From Felis catus (lineage: Eukaryota), in NCBI RefSeq assembly GCF_018350175.1, contig NC_058368.1:116436001-116500000 (forward strand): a DNA stretch of 64,000 bases, read 5' to 3'. The position numbers and the translations under genes were made by a program. This document shows, one piece after another, positions 1 to 12,753 of the stretch. The notes beneath the pieces are model-generated. The model ran no database searches, was not told the DNA's origin, and saw only the letters and a program-made list of their open reading frames with translations. The stretch's first letter is position 1. Every line of letters starts with the position of its first letter.

Positions 1-3000
1 GTAAAAGCCAAGAGTTCAATTTCACCATGGATGTGAATTCCTCCAGTGATAGGAGATACCCGTCACTTCTTCTCCATTCCCAAGAAGAAAAGACAAGTAA
101 TGCCACTTCCAAAACTCAAACACGGTAAATTTTTCTGATTTGTTCACTCTCCATCCACCTTTCCTTTCTCGTGCCTGGCACAAGAATTTAAAGTACATTT
201 TTTAGCACAAATTACGTTACACAAAGTAAGGCTACCACATTGCCTGACTGCAGTATTCAAACCTGAAATTCACTAATATCCTAATCATGTGCACGTTATG
301 AAGTGAGATTTTTAGAGATGTTTATGATTCAATTTTGAAAATGAAAAAGTTAGCATACCTTGATTTTATTTTAACTGTGTCATTTTTATTGATTGTAGTC
401 CAACTTTGAGCTTCTGAGTCCATTTAAATACTAAAGTAGATGATGAACTCTTTGTCCTATTTCTGCCTTTCCAAATTGTTGATAATTTGATGTGCCAAAT
501 TTTAATTCAAGTATTTCAATGTAACTTTGTGTATAAATGAATAGTCTCTTGAGTTTCTATCTTAAAATGTGTTTTATTGGACTTGATAATTCTTTCTTCT
601 CAGACTTGAAAGTGAAACAAATACTAATTCCTTATCAACAAGCTATAAGTCAGTGCCATTGCCATTAAGTTCTCCTAACATAAAGCTAAATCTGACTAGC
701 CCCAAAAGGGGACAGAAAAGAGAAGAAGGGTGGAAAGAAGTTGTACGAAGGTAAGTAGAATTAGTCTTATCTTTTTAACTTTCATAGACCATGTAAGTTC
801 TATCTAATGAGGTAGTTACCCAGTTAATTAGTGAATCATTTGAATGTGGTTATTATTTGTGCCACACTAAATCCAGAGTAGGCTAAAGTAAAATGAGAAG
901 CCATATGTAAATTTTGCATATATATTTTATATGACACAAAAAAATGTTGACTTTACAATAACAAAAAATGTTTTATTAAAACATAACATCTACAGATGTT
1001 TCCAGATATACCATACAAAATGGTCACAAGCTTCTTACAGGGAAGATTCTACGTTTGACAGGAAAATCACAGTGTTATTAGTGAGGACTACAAGGTTTGT
1101 TTAATGATCCCATTTTGGTTCAAACAATCAAATTTATCTGTATACAGTGTTTAAATAAAGTTAGACTTCACTAGAGAACCACATATCCTAAAGAACTGGC
1201 TAGCTGCTATTAACTAGTGCAGTTGCTATCCCGATAAGGGGGAAAAAGAGCCCATAAAATTAAAATAAAACTACCTTCACCCTCAAAAAAGAAAGAAAGA
1301 AAAGGAAAGAAGAAAGAAAAGTTCAGTAAAACCTTGGTTTGAAAGCATAATTCATCCCAGAAACATGCTTGTCATCTAAAGCCTGTGTGTATCAAAGCAA
1401 ATTTCAAGAACCATTGGCTCAGTTGTGATCATGTGATATTTGGTATCACATACTACTCATATTGCAGGACATGGCTTGTTTATCAAGTTAAAATTTATTA
1501 GAAATCTTCGCTCATCTAGGGGCGCCTGGATGGCTCAGTTGGTTGAGTGTCTGACTTCAGCTCAGGTCATGATCTCACAGCTCATGAGTTTGAGCCCCTC
1601 ATTGGGCTCTGTGCTCACAGCTCAGAGCCTGGAGCCTGATTCAGATTCTGTGTCTCCCTCTCTCTCTGCCCCTAACCCACTCCCACTTGCATTCTGTCTC
1701 TGTCTCTCTNNNNNNNNNNNNNNNNNNNNNNNNNNNNNNNNNNNNNNNNNNNNNNNNNNNNNNNNNNNNNNNNNNNNNNNNNNNNNNNNNNNNNNNNNNN
1801 NNNNNNNNNNNNNNNNNNNNNNNNNNNNNNNNNNNNNNNNNNNNNNNNNNNNNNNGTAGAACACTTGCAGAACAAGTTACTCACAATCCTAGGTTTTACT
1901 GCACCTTCAGTCACAGTGTTTATATTTAAGCTAGGATGGGAGAAATGAATAAAAGCAGACAGGCCACAGCTTTCAAATGTTTTATACAATCCAGATGATA
2001 CTTTTAGCCTCTGTTCATACTTTACAACAGGGAATCAGGACAAGATACAGAAATGCTAATGTATATCAAATCATATTAAGTCACCAAAGGACTGAAATGT
2101 CTGGGCTTTTATTCTGTATTGCTTTTGAAGTTTGTGTCCATTAAATGCAAACAGAAAGAAGTCTTGGCAAAATAGGAGAAGTGATGATACCTGATGATCA
2201 GATCGATTTAAATGTTACAGCATGTAGCCTAGTCTATGCTCTAGCTTTCAAAATACCCGAATATATTCTTCCCAGCATTAAGATAATAAATTTTGAGCAT
2301 GAAGAGTATTTTAAGGGCTGCCTCTGATACTCTTCTAGATGGAATAATTCAAGTTTGAAGGTCCCTCCTTGAAAAGGGGAATCCTGGGGTCCAGCACTGA
2401 GCACTTGAAAATAATGGGTGTCGCTCTCATCTGGTTCTGCTTTACTTAAAAAGTGCTTCTGCCAGCAAACACTGGGTTTCTTTGATAGTCCTTAGGGACA
2501 GCCAGGCCAGGCCATCTTATTAGATCCCAAGATCAGCCTCTGGTCATCTCTCGGCTCTGCTCAGCTCACATGTAAGTGGAAGTCAAGTCCCAGGCTCCAC
2601 TTGTGGGTTGCTTTTTATGTAGTTCAAACCTGAACTGCATTTATACTTGTTATTGCTAAGTATAAATTACTGATATTGATAAGCTGGTCTCTCTTACTTG
2701 GTATGAAGTTTAATAGTATGTTATGCATTGTTTTCGTTTAGAAAAAGTCAGTCCATATGGTCATTGCCGTTTAGTTGATGTGTGATGTTTTCAGCAGATT
2801 GGAATGCTTAGATCATGAGTTATTTAAAATATAATTTTGTTTTAAATGACAAAGTAATATTTACTTTCACTAAGTTAAATTCAATATGAGAGGGAGTCAG
2901 TTTCTAAAACGAAAAGTTATAGTAATTTCCCCTTTAAGGTTTGGGACATATTATTCTACATGAACATACTAGCTGAGACATCTTTTTAAGTAAAGACGTT

Positions 3001-5288
3001 TGTTTTCATAAGCTCATGTTTTGTTTCATAAGCTCATAAGTCTTCATTTTATAGGTCAAAGAAATTGTCTGTTCCAGCTTCCGTGGTTTCCAGGATAATG
3101 GGAAGAGGAGGATGCAACATCACTGCAATACAAGATGTTACTGGAGCCCATATTGATGTGGATAAACAAAAAGATAAGAATGGCGAGAGAATGATCACAA
3201 TAAGGTAATTGTGGAAAATATATATTAGTAGTTCTGTATGGAAATTAAATGTTTTTAGAAGCATACTTGTGTTACGCATGGCACAATCAAGAATTTTAAG
3301 GTTAAAATTACCTCTGTTTTTATCTCTTTGATCCTGTTTTTATGTTTTGTTGGTTTTCTCCCCAGGGGTGGTACGGAGTCAACAAGGTATGCGGTTCAGC
3401 TTATCAATGCACTTATTCAAGATCCTGCTAAGGAACTGGAAGACTTGATTCCTAAAAATCATATCAGAACACCTGCCAGCACCAAGTCCATCCATGCAAA
3501 CTTCTCATCTGGAGTAGGCACCACATCAGCTTCCAGTAAAAACGCATTTCCTTTGGGAGCTCCAGCTCTTGTTACGTCACAGGCGACAACATTATCTACG
3601 TTCCAGCCCACTAATAAACTTAACAAGAACGNNNNNNNNNNNNNNNNNNNNNNNNNNNNNNNNNNNNNNNNNNNNNNNNNNNNNNNNNNNNNNNNNNNNN
3701 NNNNNNNNNNNNNNNNNNNNNNNNNNNNNNNNNNNNNNNNNNNNNNNNNNNNNNNNNNNNNNNGAACCTTTTCACCCTCTCCCAACACTTGGGGACCATT
3801 CCCAGTGAGACCTGTGAATCCTGGCAACACAAACAGCTCTCCAAAGCATAATAATTCAGGCCGTCTACCGAACCAGAACGGGACTGTCTTACCCTCAGAG
3901 TCTGCGGGGCTAGCTACTGCCAGTTGTCCTATCACTGTCTCTTCCGTAGTTGCTGCCAGCCAGCAGTTGTGTGTGACTAATACCCGGACTCCTTCATCGG
4001 TCAGAAAGCAGTTGTTTGCCTGTGTGCCTAAAACGAGCCCTCCAGCAACAGTGATCTCTTCTGTGACGAGCACTTGTAGTTCCCTGCCTTCTGTTTCCTC
4101 TGCACCTATCCCCAGCGGGCAGGTTCCCACCACCTTTCTGCCTGCAAGTACTCCTCAAACACAGCTTTCTTCACAAAAGATGGAGTCTTTCCCTGCCATG
4201 CCACCCCCCAAAGAGAAAGCGTCCACACAGGAGCAGCCCATGGCCAACCTGTGCACCCCATCTTCAACTGCAAATAGTTGCAGTAGCTCTGCCAGCAACA
4301 CCCCAGGAGCTCCAGAAACTCACCCATCCAGTAGCCCCGCTCCTCCCTCCACTAACACACAGGAGGAGGCACAGCCACCCAGTGGATCTGACTTAAGTCC
4401 TATGTCCATGCCTTTCGCATCCAACTCAGAACCTGCTCCATTGACTTTGGCATCACCCAGATTGGTTGCTGCTGATAATCAGGACACCAATAACTTACCT
4501 CAGTTAGCTGTACCAGCACCTCGAGTTTCTCATCGAATGCAGCCCAGAGGTTCTTTTTACTCAGTGGTACCAAATGCAACTATACACCAGGATCCCCAGT
4601 CTATTTTTGTTACAAATCCAGTTCCTTTGACACCACCTCAAGGCCCACCGGCTGCAGTGCAGCTTTCTTCAGCCATGAACATTATGAATGGCTCTCAGAT
4701 GCACATTAACCCAGCAAATAAATCTTTGCCGCCTACATTCGGCCCGGCCACACTTTTCAATCATTTCAGTAGTCTTTTTGATAGCAGTCAGGTGCCTGCT
4801 AACCAGGGTTGGGGAGATGGTCCGCTGTCCTCACGAGTTGCTGCAGATGCCTCTTTCACTGTTCAGTCAGCATTCCTGGGTAACTCTGTACTTGGACACT
4901 TGGAAAATGTGCACCCTGACAACTCCAAGGCACCTGGCTTCAGACCACCTTCTCAGCGAGTTTCTACTAGTCCAGTTGGTAAGTTATTATAACTATTACT
5001 GCAGTTCAGTATGGGGCTCTTAAGTGTAATTGAATCCTTCAAGATAATAAAACACTTATTTTGTACATCATATCACATGATCTTAAAGAAATGAGACTGT
5101 GTCGGGGCGCCTGGGTGGCTCATTTGGTTAAGCCTCCGACTTCCGCTCGGGTTGTGATCTCCCAGTTCGTGAGTTTGAGCCCTGTGTTGGGCTTTGTGCT
5201 GAAAGCATGGAGCCTGGAGCCTCCTTCCAGTTCTGTGTCTCTTCTCTCTCTGCCCCTGTGCATGCTCTGTCCCCTGTCCCCTTCTCAT

Positions 5289-5325
<37 letters not shown>

Positions 5326-8300
5326 AATAAACATTTAAAAAATTAAAAAAGAAAGAAAGAAAAAAGACTGTGTCATAAATACTAAAGACCCTTTAATGAT
5401 TGCTGTTTGAGGGGGCAGCGATATAGCTGTAGATAATCACTCACATACAATGAGCTGCCTTATATGGTCTATCTGATGTTTCTGTCCCTCATAGCAAGGA
5501 GGTTATACCTTGTGTCAGTCCATTTTCTAAGAATTGGTATAATGATATTAATAGAAAGGGACTCAGGATACTTTAAGGATTTCAAATTTATAGACGTTTT
5601 TAAAATCATCATGAATGTTTGCATTTCTCAGATTTAAAAAGTTTGTGTTACAGAAGCGTTTAGGTACCAGTCCATAACCTACATTATTCTTTGAAATATT
5701 CTACAATATTTCAGTCTTGGGTGCTCAGGCTCAATGTTAATATTATTATTAGAGATCCAGTCATTTGTGGGCTCTTAATGGAAAAAGACCAACTTAGATT
5801 CAGCTCTTTGGTTTTTTGAAATTACAAATTAGCTGCTGAGGCGTTATAAGAAAAATATAGATATGAGTCTGGTATTGACTTGGATATATTTAGAAAACCA
5901 GTCTTTTTTCCAGAGTCAAAGAGCCAAATTTGAGTCTAATGTGCACTATTCTGAAAAACAAATTAGAAATTGCAACTGACATAGAATGGTGTAAGAGGCT
6001 CTGTTGCCTCGTAGTATTTTCCTTCCAGTGAGAAAACCGTCTTTCATAACCCAGCCTTCCTTTTTGTTTATTACAAACTGACCTATGGTGTTTAAATCTG
6101 GAAGTTTATGGATATGGTGTGACCTTACTTTTCATTTCAGGTATGCTTTTATTTACTTGTCTTTTCAGGAAAACAACTNNNNNNNNNNNNNNNNNNNNNN
6201 NNNNNNNNNNNNNNNNNNNNNNNNNNNNNNNNNNNNNNNNNNNNNNNNNNNNNNNNNNNNNNNNNNNNNNNNNNNNNNNNNNNNNNNNNNNNNNNNNNNN
6301 NNNNNNNNNNNNNNNNNNNNNNNNNNNNNNNNNNNNNNNNNNNNNNNNNNNNNNNNNNNNNNNNNNNNNNNNNNNNNNNAGAAAGAGACAGAGACAAAAT
6401 CCAAAGCAGTCTCCAGGCTCTGAGCTGTCAGTACAGAGCCGGATGTGGGGCTCAAACCCACGAACCGTGGGATCATGACCTGAGCTGAAGCCGGACGCTT
6501 AACTGACTGAACCACCCAAGTGCCCCTATATCATCTTTCAAGTAAATATATAAGCCTACATAAGATCAACTGTGGTCCAAATGTTCTCTAGGATTTTTTT
6601 TTTCTTAATTTTTTTATTTTTTTCTATAAATAGATATTTGTTTTCACTTTTTGTTTGGAGGAAACTAAAAGATTTTCAAAGGCCACACACAGGGTGAAAG
6701 AAGAACTCATTGCCAGTGCTCAGGCAATCAGTGTAGAAAGCATTTATCTTTGGCTTGACTGGCACTGACATGTGAATTCTGAATGCCTTAGCCAGTTTGA
6801 CTTCAGAACTCTCATATTCTCCTGTTTGAGCTCTTTGCATTCCACATGCTGCCTCCCAGAAGATGTACAGATTATGAAATTCTAGAAAAAAGAAAAAAAT
6901 CAAGGATATCTGCTATCTAGTTTGGTAGAAAACAAGGTTTGGGAACCTTAATTATTTAGATCTAAAACATCAAAATTATTTATTGCTAATAAAAAAATAA
7001 TCATTTTTTTTAGAAAGCAAGCATTAATCCTGGACTTCCCTCTGGGGTCCAGGATTGGTAAGCCTGGCTTACATATATGTACATATACATATACATATAT
7101 TATGTATTTATTTACTTTTTTTATTTATTTCTGAGAGACTGAGAGAGACAGAGCATGAGCAGGGAGGGGCAGACAGAGAGGGAGACACAGAATCCGAAGC
7201 AGGCTCCAGGCTCAGAGCTGTCAGCACAGAGCCGAGTGCAGGGCTGGAACCCACGAACTGTGAGATCATGACCTGAGCAGAAGTCGGACGCTTAACCGAC
7301 TGAGCCACCCAGGCGCCCCAGCTTGGCCTTATATCTTAACTGCCTGTATGGCTTCTTTTGTTTCTCTTCTTTCATGGATATAGTTTACTCTCCTGGTTGT
7401 TTCACAGGTAAGAAATAGTAATACTGAAGAAAATAGAGAAGGATGTGGAGAAATTGGAAACCTCAAATGTTGCCAGTGGAAATTCAAAGTAACATAGCAA
7501 CTTGAAAAAAACAGTTTTTGACAATTCCTCATAAAGTTACACAAGGGTACCATACAATCCAGTAATTCCACTCTTAGGTCTCCCCAACAGAAAACCTATA
7601 TCTACACAAAAAAACTGGTACACAAATGTTCATAGCAGCATAATAACCCAAAAGTGGAAATTGCCCACAGTCCATCAACTGATAAATATGAAACAAAACG
7701 TAGTGTATTGATATAATGGGATTATTAGTCAGCAGTAAAAAGAAATGAAGTACTGATGCATGCTACAGCATTGATGAACATTGAATACCTGATGCTAAGT
7801 GAAAGAAAGGCAGTCTCAAAAAGATCACATACTGTATAATTCTATTTATATGAAATTTCCAGAATAGGTAAATCTACTGTGGTTGCTTAGAAGTGGGGAT
7901 ATGGAGTAAAGGACGATGGGGAGTTACAGGTAATGGGTGCAGAGTTTCTTTTAGGGAAGACAAAACTGTTCTAAAATTGATTGCAGTGATGGATGTACAA
8001 CTCTGTGAATCTGCTAAAAGCCTTTGAACCATATACTTTAAATGGATGAAGAACTGCTTGAGAGAAGTTTGACAGTTTTTCATGTTGATTTTAACTATTT
8101 TTTTTTCCTGAAATGAGTACGTATAATCCTTTTGCACACACCTCTTCCCTTTCCCTGATGCATTCTCTAGAAACAGCAGTGGCATTTGAGAAGACTGCTG
8201 AATTCAGATTTACACAAACTAGATAGAAACTTTGATATAGTTTGCAACTGTTGATTTTTTCTATCAAATGGAATACTTCTCTTTAATAGTATGCTTTTCC

Positions 8301-11300
8301 TCATTAGGAAGGAAACATTGGTAGATTGTGTTATTCATCTTCCATAGGAGACAACTGTATTTATGTAGATGAACAGCTATACTTTTAGATTTTCCACAAA
8401 AGGAAAAGCAGAAGTTACTGATGGGGACCACTTAGTCACAGCATGCTCTCATTGCATGTCCCCTCTAGTGAAAGCTTTGAGATTTATCCAGAACATTATT
8501 CCAGGTGATTGCCTTTTTTTTTTTTTTAATGTTTATTTATTTTGAGAGAGTGAATGAGCAGGGGAGGGGCAGAGAGGGAGGGAGAGAGAAAATCCCAAGC
8601 AGGCTCTGCGCTAACAGCGCAGAGTCCAACACAAGGGCTCAACCTCACAACTTTGAGATCATGACTTGAGCAGAAATCAAGAACCCAACACTTAACCAAC
8701 TGAGCNNNNNNNNNNNNNNNNNNNNNNNNNNNNNNNNNNNNNNNNNNNNNNNNNNNNNNNNNNNNNNNNNNNNNNNNNNNNNNNNNNNNNNNNNNNNNNN
8801 NNNNNNNNNNNNNNNNNNNNNNNNNNNNNNNNNNNNNNNNNNNNNNNNNNNNNNNNNNNNNNNNNNNNNNNNNNNNNNNNNGCTGCTCCTGTGCACTCTC
8901 AAAACAACAACAAAAACATTGCACTCTTCTATATTTAGTGCTGTTTAGTGATATTCTTCTGGACTGCAAGAAAAAAATGGGTTTGGGCCATAATACAGTG
9001 TCACATAAATGGATTATTTTGCTGTGATCTACAAAAGTAAACTGTATGCTTTCTTCTTTTTTAAAAAGGAATTAAGTAAAGTTAGGGCTTTCCATGTTCA
9101 AGCCTTGGCTGATTTGATGTCTGGACCTGTTTTATTTCAGGCTTACCATCCATTGACCCATCCGGCAGCTCCCCATCTTCCTCTTCTGCTCCCCTGACGA
9201 GTTTTTCCGGCATACCAGGAACTCGGGTTTTCCTGCAAGGGCCTGCTCCTGTTGGGACTCCAAGTTTCAACAGACAACATTTTTCTCCCCATCCTTGGAC
9301 AAGCGCCTCAAACTCATGTAGGAATCCTGGAGAAACTCTTCCCAAAGAGTCTTGAATAAGTTATTAACCATTTGTCTCAGGGAACTCTGCATAGTAACTT
9401 CAGTAAACTAAAGTTTAGTAAACTAAAGTCAATGGTATGATGGTATGCAGATACCAAAGGTTTGTACTGCAGTCATGTCAAAAATTATCAGTCATTTGTG
9501 GGATAAAAAACTGGAGAAGGGTCAAGAATCAAGAGAAGAAGTACTACAAGTAGTTTTATAAAAGGAAGGACCCTTTGAGGATAGTATTGCAAAATAATTT
9601 CTTAAGTCTGCAAAGAAGTCAATTCATGTATCTATTCAGTTTGGTATGATTTCTTAGTTTATTTTTATATTTTAGAAACCATATGATAGTGCCATTTATA
9701 AGGGACAGTATTCCTTTATTCTTAGTTATTGCAACATTCAGAACAGATGAAGTTCTAATGGTACTTGAACAGGATTCAATTTTTTAATGAGCATCATGAC
9801 ATAGTCAATGAGTATTGGCCCTTTTGACAAGGAAAATTACCACCATGACCTGAGAATCCCAGTAAGAAACCAAGTCATGAATTAAATCCAAGATATTTGC
9901 TAACATTAACCTTTCTTCCTTATGGAGGAAAAAGGGTTGTGGAAAGACACAAAAGAAAACAGCCAAGTATAGAGGGCCACCAGCTTTTTTCCAGACAATA
10001 TGCTAGTTACTATACAAACATTGCCACATTTGAGTTAGTTTAAAATTATGTTTTACATAATTGTACAATATATGTTTTGAGAAGATTATTTAGAACTACA
10101 ATAAGAATTACTCCTATTCCTATTCTAGGCCTTCCTTCTAGCTTTTTCATCAATCTGGAAAAAAAATTTTAGACTATTTGTTTATACTCACTATACACAG
10201 AAGTAACAAAATATTCATACAACTTACATATTTTCATTTGAATGATCTTATAAAATGAAATTTTTCTTTACAGAACCCGTGTTGTGATCTTTCCAACAAG
10301 GTTTCTCATATTCTTATAATTAGTTTTTAATGTAATAAAACAATAGAGAAATATTTTGCCACCAGGTGACTCTCCTATTCCATCTGTTTCTTCGGGATCA
10401 TCTTCACCTCTTTCAGCCACCTCTGCCCCACCTACATTGGGCCAACCAAAAGGAGGCAGTGCCAGTCAAGATCGAAAGATACCTCCCCCCATTGGAACAG
10501 AGAGACTAGCCCGGATTCGGCAAGGAGGGTCTGTCGCACAAGCCCCTGTGGGGACCAGTTTTGTCGCTCCTGTTGGACACAGTGGAATCTGGTCATTTGG
10601 TGTCAACGCTATGTCAGGTATAGTTACCTTGCCCTCTGTCTGGAGGGATAGCTCAAGTAAGTTGTGGGATTTTGCCCTGATAACTTAGTTCCTTAAAACA
10701 AAACAGCTTAGTTCCTACACTTAATGATCAGTAGGGGTGTATATACCTTTGAAGAATTCAGTTTCAGAGTTTGGAATGTTAGTTTCCTTTATACATAATA
10801 ATATAATATGTATAATAATAATAAGTATAGATTAGACATAAAAGATTCAATGCATATTTCCTTTCCCTCTTAAGCTTTCCAATATAGAATGGGATAATCA
10901 TTTGAGTTCTTCTAGAGAGCATTTACTCTTTTGAAGGACTAGGTAGAGTATTTGGGGTATTCAAAGGACTTCACCCAGTTTTCCAGGAACTGGTTTTTTT
11001 GGCTTGCAAAGATTGTCATGAACATGCACTGAGCTTCTCATAGGAAAGAGTTCGATAAAATTTAGTGTGAAAAAAAGATTAGTAATATTTTGTCATTTTA
11101 CCCAAATAAATATCAAACCCTGTCCTCAATTCTTCTTTCCAGAAGGCTTATCAGGTTGGTCACAGTCTGTGATAGGAAACCATCCAATGCATCAACAGTT
11201 GTCAGACCCAAGCACATTCTCCCAGCATCAACCAATGGAGAGAGATGATTCTGGAATGGTAGCCCCCTCTAACATTTTTCATCAACCTATGGCAAGCAGT

Positions 11301-12178
11301 TTTCTGGATTTTTCTAAAGTGAGTCAACAAACATCATTGTAACGTGTTTAACACTTTGCCAGCCAATGTTAAGGAATAGTTTATACTGAAATAATTCTCC
11401 CTTTGGGTGTAATGAGTTTGTTTCCATGACTTAGCCAGATCTTTTGCCCAATTTCAAAAGTGAGTTATGTTGGCTACAGTAGTTTGTCCTCAAACTATGC
11501 TGAGGATGCTTCCCTCCTCTCAAAAAACCTGAGACATTTAGACTTCTCAGCTTTGGGTTTTGCTGCCACAGCTTTGAGAGAGGCCTCTGCCCCTCTACAA
11601 AGTTGGCTGTGAGCTCCCCAATGCCCTGTTGTCTGCTATCAGAACTTTCTGACTGCCCTAAAGCCAGACTGTGGCTGTAGGCAACCAAGTAGGGTTTCCC
11701 TCTTCTTCTTAGCACAAGCTCATTGGTGAAACTAAAATACGGAGAAGTTGAGGGTATTATCTGTGTTCATCAAAGTTGGGAAATTGCCTGATGATTTGCT
11801 ATTGGATTTCATTGGTTGGGTTTTTTTCTTATTGTTGAAAAGTGTTGCTATTTCAGGTTATCACTTTTGATTTCTCAATACCATATGATGCTGTATTTAA
11901 AGGATCCTCTGTAGTTCTGTGGAGGAAGGGAAATTAGAAAGAACTAAGCTGGTATTAATGGAATCATCCTTTATAATCACTTCAGGATTAAACCTTTCTT
12001 TCTGCTATCATAGGGTCTGCCAATTTCCATGTATGGAGGCACCATAATACCCTCTCATCCTCAGCTTGCTGATGTTCCCGGAGGACCCTTGTTTAATGGA
12101 CTTCACAACCCAGATCCTGCTTGGAACCCTATGATAAAAGTTATTCAAAATTCAACTGAATGCACTGATGCCCAGCAG
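1..12178 (+). CDS. ANKHD1: Ankyrin repeat and KH domain-containing protein 1 (MASK1), 3' coding exons; gene begins upstream of the window and the terminal coding exon lies in the N gap at 12346-12525
   Basis: GT-AG, frame-continuous exons: <1-124, 604-750, 3055-3204, 3366-4978 (gap 3632-3763), 9141-9317, 10366(alt 10417)-10617, 11143-11318, 12014-12178. Translation includes ...KLNLTSPKRGQKREEGWKEVVRRSKKLSVPASVVSRIMGRGGCNITAIQDVTGAHIDVDKQ...GGTESTRYAVQLINALIQDPAKELEDL...NPMIKVIQNSTECTDAQQ, matching the ANKHD1 C-terminal half as recalled. Confidence 0.97.
1519..1709 (+). mobile_element. CAN-SINE (SINEC_Fc-like), 3' end in gap
   Basis: GGGGCGCCTGGATGGCTCAGTTGGTTGAG...CAGCTCAGGTCATGATCTC head and CT-rich tract. 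Confidence 0.9.
3055..3204 (+). CDS. ANKHD1: ANKHD1 exon encoding most of the KH RNA-binding domain
   Basis: ttatag|GTCAAAG...ATAAG|gtaatt; SKKLSVPASVVSRIMGRGGCNITAIQDVTGAHIDVDKQKDKNGERMITIR contains the KH GxxG loop (GRGG). Confidence 0.95.
3366..4978 (+). CDS. ANKHD1: ANKHD1 large Ser/Pro/Thr-rich exon
   Basis: ORF 3328..4992 trimmed to splice sites cccag|GGGT (3366) and GTTG|gtaagt (4978); internal N gap. Confidence 0.95.
5104..5364 (+). mobile_element. CAN-SINE with target-site duplication
   Basis: tRNA-like head, (CT)n, AATAAA/A-rich tail; TSD agactgtgtc on both sides. Confidence 0.92.
6380..6526 (-). mobile_element. CAN-SINE (tail in gap)
   Basis: Reverse-complement CAN-SINE head ending tgcccc. 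Confidence 0.88.
7105..7319 (-). mobile_element. CAN-SINE
   Basis: ttatttattt...gagagacagag...tgagccacccaggcgcccc. Confidence 0.92.
7430..8050 (+). mobile_element. Old L1 (L1M-type) 3'-end fragment
   Basis: ggatgtggagaaattggaa..., aatgttcatagcagca, aaaagaaatgaagtactgat, gctaagtgaaagaa, gtttcttttaggg...gttctaaaattg motifs typical of L1 3' ends. Confidence 0.8.
8514..8705 (-). mobile_element. CAN-SINE (head in gap)
   Basis: Poly-T tail, gagagag tract and CAN-SINE body on the minus strand. Confidence 0.88.
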
Positions 12179-12525
12179 GTAAAATGGACTTAAAGGTCTT
12201 TTATTTTGACATGTCATTCTTTTAATTCTTTGGGTATTACAAATTCTAAATATCAAAATGACATCCGACCACCTTCATCTGAATTAAGATTTTTGATATC
12301 TATACGATGCTACTAAACATTTTATCTCATGTATGTGTATTCTTCNNNNNNNNNNNNNNNNNNNNNNNNNNNNNNNNNNNNNNNNNNNNNNNNNNNNNNN
12401 NNNNNNNNNNNNNNNNNNNNNNNNNNNNNNNNNNNNNNNNNNNNNNNNNNNNNNNNNNNNNNNNNNNNNNNNNNNNNNNNNNNNNNNNNNNNNNNNNNNN
12501 NNNNNNNNNNNNNNNNNNNNNNNNN

Positions 12526-12753
12526 AGCCTTGTTTGAGAAACCTATGACCTTGGAAGAACCCTGGGGATTTTTTTTTTTTTTTTAATGTGCCTAACTAAG
12601 AAATTCTCTCTGAGGCTTAGCAATGGAAATTTGATTGCCCATTGTATAAGAACAAAGTGATTTCCTATCCACCTGATTATGTTCTCTGGTTAGTTTAGCC
12701 ATTTTGAACTTAGTGCTTTGGCTAAACATACTGAATGCTACTTGTATGCAGAA
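12526..12753 (+). other. ANKHD1: Probable ANKHD1 3' UTR segment between two assembly gaps
   Basis: Follows the gap where the short terminal exon is expected (pyrimidine run tgtattcttc just before the gap). AU-rich and resembles the ANKHD1 3' UTR as recalled. Confidence 0.6.

Noticed and set aside
1519-1600. tRNA-like sequences (A/B boxes) at SINE heads as tRNA genes
   Set aside because: They are the tRNA-derived heads of CAN-SINEs, followed by CT tracts and A tails.
3328-3365. ORF-track start of a stand-alone 554-aa protein
   Set aside because: This is the intronic polypyrimidine tract read through into an internal ANKHD1 exon; the TTG start is not real.
1440-8969. Numerous 60-150 aa ORFs such as MAQLVECLTSAQVMISQ... 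and poly-X ORFs (also throughout the window)
   Set aside because: They are translations of CAN-SINE bodies or of N gaps, not genes.
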